A DNA stretch of 64,000 nucleotides. Source: Candidatus Leptovillus affinis (GTDB lineage Bacteria; Chloroflexota; Anaerolineae; Promineifilales; Promineifilaceae). Made by a program: the position numbers and the translations under genes. Shown one piece after another: positions 36,531-43,378 of the stretch (positions within the stretch are counted from its first letter, which is position 1; each line of letters opens with the position of its first letter). The stretch covers positions 190,067 to 254,066 of the forward strand of contig JADIYP010000005.1 of the NCBI GenBank assembly GCA_016705235.1, read 5' to 3'. The notes under the pieces are model-generated. The model saw nothing but the letters and a program-made list of their open reading frames with translations. It was not told the DNA's origin and did no database searches.

Positions 36531-36739
36531 AACGCACGGCCGTTTCCTCCAGCAATCTCGCTTCAGTTGGTTACGATCCCGCCAGCCAATCTCTGGAAAT
36601 CGAGTTTACAACGGGTCGGGTTTATGAATACTTTGATGTTCCCCAACAAACCTATGACAAGTTGATGGCGGCTGAGTCACACGGCCGTTACTTCAATGCC
36701 TATATTCGTGACAATTACCATTACACAAGAATTCGATAA
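36527..36739 (+). CDS. KTSC-domain protein embedded in the Cascade operon
   Basis: SSNLASVGYDPASQSLEIEFTTGRVYEYFDVPQQTYDKLMAAESHGRYFNAYIRDNYHYTRI matches the KTSC (lysyl-tRNA synthetase C-terminal-like) domain pattern. Its start overlaps the cas8 stop (ATGA). Confidence 0.75.
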   Translation: MKRTAVSSSNLASVGYDPASQSLEIEFTTGRVYEYFDVPQQTYDKLMAAESHGRYFNAYIRDNYHYTRIR

Positions 36740-36751
36740 GGAGAACTAACC

Positions 36752-37729
36752 GTGTCCATTTATTCCATTTCCCTCTCTGCCCAACTCACCCTGGATATGC
36801 ACAGCCTCAACAACGAAGGCGGCGAAGGCAACCAGATTCAAACCCGCATGGTCAACATCGTGGATGGCAACGGCCGTTTGCAAAACGTCAATGCCATCTC
36901 CGGCGACATGATTAAGCACATCCTGGCCGAGCATCTGCACCGCATTGCTACCGCCAACGGCCTGCCCCTATGCGCCGGTTGTAAAACCTTTAATGCCAAC
37001 CGCATCAGCGCCGATGAAAGCTACATGGCCGCCATCGCCAACATGAACGACGCCGACTCGTTAACATTGATGCTGGAAACATGCGCTATGGATGATATGC
37101 TGGGCAACCTGATCACGGCCGGTTCCAAATCTTTGCCGCGCAAATCGGTGGTTGAGTTTGGATGGGTGGTCGGTTTGCCCGAACTGACCCGTTCCGATAG
37201 CTATTTTCACGTCAAGTATTCCAACGAACGGGGAAAAGCTGAACGAGATGCCCAAAAAGGCGAAGAATCACGCGGGGCAAATTTGGGGCAAGCCATCTTC
37301 CATCGGCCGGCCAACAGCGGCGTGTACGCCCTGGTTGCTACCATCGAAGCGGCGCGTATTGGCTTCAACGACATTACGCAGAAATATGTGTTAGATGAAG
37401 CCCAACGACAGGCGCGATTGAAAGCCTTGCTCGAAGCCCTTCTCTACACCCTCATGGAACCGGCCGGAGCCATGCGCGGCACTCAAGCCCCCCACATCGT
37501 AGACGTGGCCGGGGTGATCACCGTCAGCCAAAACGTCATTCCCGCGCCCACCCTCAGCCCGCTCAAAGGAGGGTACGATCAGGAATTAACCGACCTGTGC
37601 GCGACGCTGAACAGCATTCGGCCCAACGCTCTGGCAGCCCACTCCTTCAGTTCAATGAACGGCTACGCCCAAACCGTGCGCGACCTCATCCAAAGTGCCA
37701 CGCCGTACACGTTGCAATATGCAGGTTGA
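36752..37729 (+). CDS. cas7: Cas7 backbone subunit, DevR/Cst2/Csa2 type
   Basis: SISLSAQLTLDMHSLNNEGGEGNQIQTRMVNIVDGNGRLQNVNAISGDMIKHILAEHL is the DevR-family signature. A GTG start follows AAGGAG. Confidence 0.85.
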   Translation: MSIYSISLSAQLTLDMHSLNNEGGEGNQIQTRMVNIVDGNGRLQNVNAISGDMIKHILAEHLHRIATANGLPLCAGCKTFNANRISADESYMAAIANMNDADSLTLMLETCAMDDMLGNLITAGSKSLPRKSVVEFGWVVGLPELTRSDSYFHVKYSNERGKAERDAQKGEESRGANLGQAIFHRPANSGVYALVATIEAARIGFNDITQKYVLDEAQRQARLKALLEALLYTLMEPAGAMRGTQAPHIVDVAGVITVSQNVIPAPTLSPLKGGYDQELTDLCATLNSIRPNALAAHSFSSMNGYAQTVRDLIQSATPYTLQYAG

Positions 37730-37733
37730 AGCA

Positions 37734-37766
37734 AGATTGGTTCAATCTTTAAGATTGAACCAATCT
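37734..37766. repeat. Double palindrome AGATTGGTTCAATCT-TTA-AGATTGAACCAATCT between cas7 and cas5
   Basis: Read directly in the sequence. Same family as 20761, 26200 and 56461. Confidence 0.7.
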
Positions 37767-37794
37767 CCCGACCTGCCCATGCGAGTGAATAACC

Positions 37795-38484
37795 ATGATA
37801 TGGATACAAGCAATTTACCAGCCGACCACCCTGTTTAGCTTACGGCCGTCCTGGACAACCTCATCCGGGGGTAAAAGTCTGCTGCTGCCGTCGCCTTACG
37901 CGCTGAAAACGGCCGTTCTCGACGCCGCCATTCGCACCAGTGGTTTGGGGCAAGCCGAGCAAGCCTGGCCCTGGATACGCGACATGGGCATCGGCGTGCA
38001 ACTACCGCCACAAATCGTCGTCACCAACCTGTTCGCCAAAATTCTGCGCCTGCGCCGCAATCCGGCTACACCCGGTTCTGCTGATGTTGGCCCTTTCCAG
38101 AAAACCATCGCCTATCGCGAATATGTCTACCATCCACAACCGATCACCCTGGCTTTTGCTGTCCCCGATGGTCAGGCGGCGCAGCTTGGCGATTGGCTGG
38201 CGCAAATTAGCTATCTGGGCAAGCGCGGCGGCTTTGTGCAACTGTTGGCCCCTCCTATACCCCTGGCCGATAGCGCTGGCTTTGTGTTATTGACAGCCGA
38301 CGTTACCAGCTTCCCCCTCAATGGCCTGGTACAACAGCTAGACGATTGTGATCCGAAGATGAAATTTGTGGAGGCGAACATTTACGACAGCAAAAAGCCA
38401 AAGCGGGTGGTGCGGCATGTGGTCTTACCCTACCGGCTGGCAAAATCCAGCCGCGCCTATTCCCTCTACCAACACACCGGCTAA
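37795..38484 (+). CDS. cas5: Cas5-like Cascade subunit
   Basis: 229 aa, directly after cas7. The N-terminus FSLRPSWTTSSGGKSLLLPSPYALKTAVLDAAIR fits the Cas5 RAMP N-terminal pattern. The call is mainly positional. Confidence 0.55.
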   Translation: MIWIQAIYQPTTLFSLRPSWTTSSGGKSLLLPSPYALKTAVLDAAIRTSGLGQAEQAWPWIRDMGIGVQLPPQIVVTNLFAKILRLRRNPATPGSADVGPFQKTIAYREYVYHPQPITLAFAVPDGQAAQLGDWLAQISYLGKRGGFVQLLAPPIPLADSAGFVLLTADVTSFPLNGLVQQLDDCDPKMKFVEANIYDSKKPKRVVRHVVLPYRLAKSSRAYSLYQHTG

Positions 38485-38544
38485 ACAAAACGGCCGTTGG
38501 TTGCCCTCACCAACGGCCGTTACCATACAACCTGCCAATGAAAA

Positions 38545-38847
38545 CTAAACCGTCTCATGCACAAGCACATCCCGCTCAATTTGCGCGCCCACCTCATCTT
38601 GCGCCACGTCCAGATCGTAGTCAAGTTGCAGGCCAAGCCAGAATTGCGCCGATGTGCCAAAAAATCGCGCTAAACGCAAAGCCGTATCGGCCGTAATCCG
38701 TCGCCGACCATGAATGATCTCATTAATCCGTCGCGTCGGCACACGCATCGCCAGAGCGAGTTTGTTCTGGCTAATATCCATTGGCAGCAAAAATTCTTCC
38801 AACAAGACTTCACCCGGATGTAATGGAGGTATTTTATTATTCGCCAT
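38545..38847 (-). CDS. higA: HigA antitoxin (XRE-family HTH)
   Basis: HPGEVLLEEFLLPMDISQNKLALAMRVPTRRINEIIHGRRRITADTALRLARFFGTSAQFWLGLQLDYDL. Confidence 0.85.
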   Translation of the reverse strand: MANNKIPPLHPGEVLLEEFLLPMDISQNKLALAMRVPTRRINEIIHGRRRITADTALRLARFFGTSAQFWLGLQLDYDLDVAQDEVGAQIERDVLVHETV

Positions 38848-38899
38848 TTCAGCACCTTCTTAAGCTAATTGTGCTGAAACACAGGTTAATACTATCAGT

Positions 38900-38922
38900 G
38901 TTTCAGTAATCTCTGGCGATTC
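38900..38922 (-). repeat. Orphan CRISPR half-repeat (23 nt identical to the 3' part of the repeat, minus-strand orientation) between higB and higA
   Basis: The plus strand reads GTTTCAGTAATCTCTGGCGATTC. Adjacent CTGAAACAC (38873..38881) can pair with GTGTTTCAG (38898..38906). Confidence 0.9.
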
Positions 38923-38956
38923 AAGCTGACTCGAAATGAATCAACTAGACACTGAT

Positions 38957-39238
38957 TTAATGATAATCAACAATTTCTACAGCATGGGCATCACCATCGC
39001 GCCATTCAAAACAGATTCGCCATTGTTGATTGACCCGAATGCTATATTGGCCCGCTCGATCACCATGCAATTGCTCCAATCGGTTACTCGGCGGTATGCG
39101 CAAATCGTCCAAAGAGACCGCCCGATTGAGCATACGAAGTTTCCGAAATGCGCGTTGTTGAATATCTTGAGGCAGCTTACGAGAAAATTCTCGATGAAAA
39201 ATCCTTTCTGCTTCCCGATCCCGAAAGTTGCGAATCAT
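38957..39238 (-). CDS. higB: HigB toxin (RelE/ParE superfamily, plasmid maintenance killer type)
   Basis: MIRNFRDREAERIF...LDDLRIPPSNRLEQLHGDRAGQYSIRVNQQWRICFEWRDGDAHAVEIVDYH. Confidence 0.85.
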   Translation of the reverse strand: MIRNFRDREAERIFHREFSRKLPQDIQQRAFRKLRMLNRAVSLDDLRIPPSNRLEQLHGDRAGQYSIRVNQQWRICFEWRDGDAHAVEIVDYH

Positions 39239-39330
39239 GATTGTACCTCATTCACCCAATTGTATAACCTTGCGCGTTAAACGCAAAGTGTTATATTAGG
39301 GACGAGATTATTTCCAGCAAATCAACCAAC

Positions 39331-40359
39331 ATGACCAACCTACAACTCACCCACCTTCGCTTCGACTGCACCGCCACCACACCCATCAAAATGGGCAGCC
39401 ATTACGCCGGTAACAACCTGCGCAACGCCCTCGCCAACGTCATGCGCCGCGCCACCTGCCCCGAATACCGCACCAATCGCCCGCCCGAACCCGCCCACGC
39501 AGCCACCTGCCCCGCCTGCTGGCTGCTCTCGGCCAACCTCGACCCTGGCACCGTCATCCGCGCCTACGCCGTCGCGCCACCCCTCCCGCCCCGCAGCTAC
39601 CTCCAAGCCGGTGAGCGCTTCAGCTTCGCCCTCACCCTCTTCGGCGACGGCTTCCACTACCTGCCCTACGTCGTCCTGGCCGCCAACGAGGCCGGACAAA
39701 GCGAAGGCATTGGCCCAGGCCGGCGCGAAGGGCTGGGCCGATTTGCCGTGGACAGGATAACGGCCGTAGACCCCCTGCGCGGCGACATGCAATCTTGCCT
39801 GGCCCCCGGCGACGCCTTCGTGACTGTACCCAATCTGTTTGTAGACGAAACGGCCGTGCGCCACATCAGCCAGATGCACCACCAAGCCCTCAACGGCCGT
39901 CATCTCACCCTTCACTTCCTCACCCCCACGCGGCTGGAAGAGAAAGGGCAGCTCTACAAACTGCCTGATTTCTCCGTCCTCTTCCGGCGCTTGCTCTACC
40001 GCATAGACGAATTGGGCCGCCAGTTTGCCGGGCAAGAGCGGCGCGATCCAGCCGAGGTGGCCCATCTTCACGCCCTGGCCGACAGCGTGCGCCTGGTAGA
40101 TGCGCAAACCGACTGGCAAGAAATGTGGGTCTACTCCGGGCGCAAGGGCGAGAAAACGCCCTTGAGCGGCTTTACCGGCACGGCCGTCTACCGCAGCGAC
40201 GATTGGACCGAGCTGCTGCCCTGGCTGGTATGGGGTCAGGCGACCCACGTCGGAAAATCAGTTGTCAAGGGCAACGGCGTCTACGAATTAGGGGGTGGAA
40301 ACTGGCCTCCCTACTGGGATTGGCTGCGCGCCGACCACCTGTGGGAAGCTGCGACCTGA
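39331..40359 (+). CDS. cas6: Cas6-like crRNA endoribonuclease (large, MYXAN/Cmx6-like)
   Basis: It lies immediately upstream of the array leader. The C-terminal glycine-rich loop HVGKSVVKGNGVY fits the Cas6 G-h-G-x5-G-h-G pattern. It has a Cys-rich insert, CPEY...CPACW. Confidence 0.6.
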   Translation: MTNLQLTHLRFDCTATTPIKMGSHYAGNNLRNALANVMRRATCPEYRTNRPPEPAHAATCPACWLLSANLDPGTVIRAYAVAPPLPPRSYLQAGERFSFALTLFGDGFHYLPYVVLAANEAGQSEGIGPGRREGLGRFAVDRITAVDPLRGDMQSCLAPGDAFVTVPNLFVDETAVRHISQMHHQALNGRHLTLHFLTPTRLEEKGQLYKLPDFSVLFRRLLYRIDELGRQFAGQERRDPAEVAHLHALADSVRLVDAQTDWQEMWVYSGRKGEKTPLSGFTGTAVYRSDDWTELLPWLVWGQATHVGKSVVKGNGVYELGGGNWPPYWDWLRADHLWEAAT

Positions 40360-40531
40360 CCGTCGCAAATCCCCCCTGTTTTGGCGCAAAAACCGATTTG
40401 CGAAAAACGCTCGTTAACAACCACATATTCGGCGAAATTAAGATAAAATAGACCTGCTATAATGGCCTGTAACGGTTAAAACGGCCGTTACAGGCCAAAT
40501 ATGAACCATTAACAATAAAAAACGCGGGCGG
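40360..40531 (+). promoter_or_regulatory. CRISPR leader
   Basis: A 172-nt AT-rich segment between cas6 and the first repeat. TATAAT lies at 40458..40463, followed by the 12-bp inverted repeat GGCCTGTAACGG / CCGTTACAGGCC. Confidence 0.55.
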
Positions 40532-42947
40532 GTCGCCCCACCAGAGAATCGCCAGAGATTACTGAAACACTCGGCCCCAGAGATGCCAGAGATGCACGGT
40601 CGCCCCACCAGAGAATCGCCAGAGATTACTGAAACACTTCTGCCCGGCAGCCATTGCCATGTGCTGTAGCGGACGGTCGCCCCACCAGAGAATCGCCAGA
40701 GATTACTGAAACACAACATGAGGCTTACGGCCGTCAGCTTTCGCTGACATTGGTCGCCCCACCAGAGAATCGCCAGAGATTACTGAAACGCCGTCCGGGT
40801 GGCCCCCCAGAGAATCGCCAGAGATTACTGGAATTGCGGACTCCTGTGAGTTCCCTGCGGTCGCCCCACCAGAGAATCGCCAGAGATTACTGAAACATCT
40901 CCCCAGACGCTCGAATAGTTTCCCTGACCAGGGTCGCCCCACCAGAGAATCGCCAGAGATTACTGAAAACCCCGGGGGGTGAGCGGGGGGAGGGCGCGGG
41001 GGGTCGCCCCACCAGAGAATCGCCAGAGATTACTGAAACACGCGAATCGGCGACCAGCCGCCGACCATCGGGTCGCCCCACCAGAGAATCGCCAGAGATT
41101 ACTCACACGCGCGGGGCGAGGGTCGCCCCACCAGAGAATCGCCAGAGATTACTGAAACTACTTTGGTTTTTCTTCTTGCTTTGGTTGCAGGTCGCCCCAC
41201 CAGAGAATCGCCAGAGATTACTGAAGGGGACCAGAGAATCGCCAGAGATTACTGAAACTGGTGGGTGATGATTGTTGTGTTCATCTCCATGGGCTGGTCG
41301 CCCCACCAGAGAATCGCCAGAGATTACTGAAACACCTGGCAGCCATCGCTTATCGTGTCTGGTTTGGGTCGCCCCACCAGAGAATCGCCAGAGATTACTG
41401 AAACAGACAAAACCCAGGGCCTGTCGCCCCACCAGAGAATGCCAGAGATACGAAAACAAGGTCGCCGCCCCACCAGAGAATCGCCAGAGATTACTGAAAC
41501 ACCGCCTGGCAGCCATCGTGCGCGGCGGGTCGCCCCACCAGAGAATCGCCAGAGATTACTGAAACGACGTCATACGCTGGAACGACAAAGGCAAATTGTA
41601 GGTCGCCCCACCAGAGAATCGCCAGAGATTACTGAAACAGTGTAGTCTAGTGTCGGCCAGCTTTTGCGCGTCGGTCGCCCCACCAGAGAATCGCCAGAGA
41701 TTACTGAAAACGGATTGCAGCATGCGGCACGCACCGTTCCCGCTGGGTCGCCCCACCAGAGAATCGCCAGAGATTACTGAAACGCTGACCACGCACTTTG
41801 CGCCGATATCGTCGAGGTCGCCCCACCAGAGAATCGCCAGAGATTACTGAAACGCCGGCGGGGTGGGTTGGCTGGGCTGCGCTTAGAAGGTCGCCCCACC
41901 AGAGAATCGCCAGAGATTACTGAAACTGGAGCTTAATTTTATATCGGCCGGCCAGCCGTTGGGTCGCCCCACCAGAGAATCGCCAGAGATTACTGAAACT
42001 CTGGAGGTCGCCTCCCGGCCACAGAGCAAAGGAGGAGGTCGCCCCACCAGAGAATCGCCAGAGATTACTGAAACACAATAAGAGGGGCGACTGGCAATTT
42101 TACGTGCCGCGTCGCCCCACCAGAGAATCGCCAGAGATTACTGAAACCGACTTTGACGGCATCCATTTTGACGGCTCGCCAAGGTCGCCCCACCAGAGAA
42201 TCGCCAGAGATTACTGAAACGTAACCGAAGCCATAGAAACCAACACACCCAGAAGTCGCCCCACCAGAGAATCGCCAGAGATTACTGAAACAGATAACGT
42301 CAGGCATGTGGCAGGCCGGGCACCAGGTCGCCCCACCAGAGAATCGCCAGAGATTACTGAAACAGAATCATAGCGCCGCAGCCGCCCAGCAGCATGGCCG
42401 TCGCCCCACCAGAGAATCGCCAGAGATTACTGAAACATTTGGTCTTAATCGTTTTGGCGAACTGGCCAAAGTCGCCCCACCAGAGAATCGCCAGAGATTA
42501 CTGAAACACCAGTGGCAAGGGTACGATCTTTGGCTGGTCGATACGTCGCCCCACCAGAGAATCGCCAGAGATTACTGAAACGGCACGCCCGGCCCCATTG
42601 GTGGAGCTGGTAGCACAGTCGCCCCACCAGAGAATCGCCAGAGATTACTGAAACACGAAAATCTACTGCTCTAAATCGTGCCGAGTTGCTATAGTCGCCC
42701 CACCAGAGAATCGCCAGAGATTACTGAAACATGTGTGGCTTAAATACAGCCTAGGGTCTGTCCATTGTCGCCCCACCAGAGAATCGCCAGAGATTACTGA
42801 AACGTTACACTCCCCATCGCCCACCATCGTTAACGAAAGTCGCCCCACCAGAGAATCGCCAGAGATTACTGAAACCGCAGCTTGCAACCGACCTTGACGA
42901 ACTGGCAACAGTCGCCCCACCAGAGAATCGCCAGAGATTACAGTGTT
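40532..42947 (+). CRISPR. CRISPR array with about 36 repeat units of 37 nt (GTCGCCCCACCAGAGAATCGCCAGAGATTACTGAAAC); spacers mostly 32-40 nt
   Basis: I delimited every unit by hand. 27 units are canonical and about 9 are variant, partial or degenerate. Most variants fall between 40801 and 41500; the terminal unit at 42911 has a degenerate 3' end. Orientation is inferred from the 3' ...GAAAC and from the leader position. All track ORFs within 40438..43124 are artefacts. Confidence 0.95.
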
Positions 42948-43378
42948 TGATATCGAACGAAACAGTTTGCCCAAATTCTTCTGGCAACCATGCCCGCAGG
43001 CGCTGCACTTGACCATCGAGAAGATTCTGCAACGCTTCATTCGGCAAATCGGCCAGAACACGGCTGAAATGTCGGGAAGTCGGCAAGCTGGATTGGACGT
43101 CAGAGCCAAAGGGATGGCGCCCATCCGGGATGAGCGGAAAGCCAGCCGCCCAAACCAGGGTTGGATAGGCAGCCAGGAAGCGGCGTAACTGCGTCTTGGC
43201 GTTAATTATTGCTCTTTATCAGTCCAACCTGCTACAATGATCCCTGTCCTGGGGGGTCAACGGTGGCAGATATTCGGTATCCCCAGACACAAATTTCAAA
43301 CGGAACCGCTCCATAAATTCTTACTTCGTCAGGTTTTGCCACTTTTTTAATTCTGGAAATGTGTTGTTTACTTGACCT

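Noticed and set aside
39340-40248. 302-aa minus-strand ORF antisense to cas6. Similar long antisense ORFs include 8215..8589, 9186..9929, 10768..11403, 19079..19768, 21363..21884, 54780..55562 and 55667..56401.
   Set aside because: These are GC-rich shadow frames with Arg/Gly/Ala-rich, low-complexity products and no motifs. They lie fully inside well-supported genes on the other strand.
40569-42910. Self-targeting spacers, meaning matches of spacers elsewhere in the window
   Set aside because: By eye I found no spacer matching another part of the window. The only repeats are the 14-nt overlap shared by two spacers and one spacer carrying the ACGGCCGT motif. A proper search needs alignment tools.
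40438-43124. About fifteen 60-150-aa ORFs on both strands across the CRISPR array (for example 41103..41516 and 42663..43124)
   Set aside because: Their translations are periodic copies of the repeat (...SNLWRFSGGAT... and ...PPENRQRLLK...). They are artefacts of translating the array.
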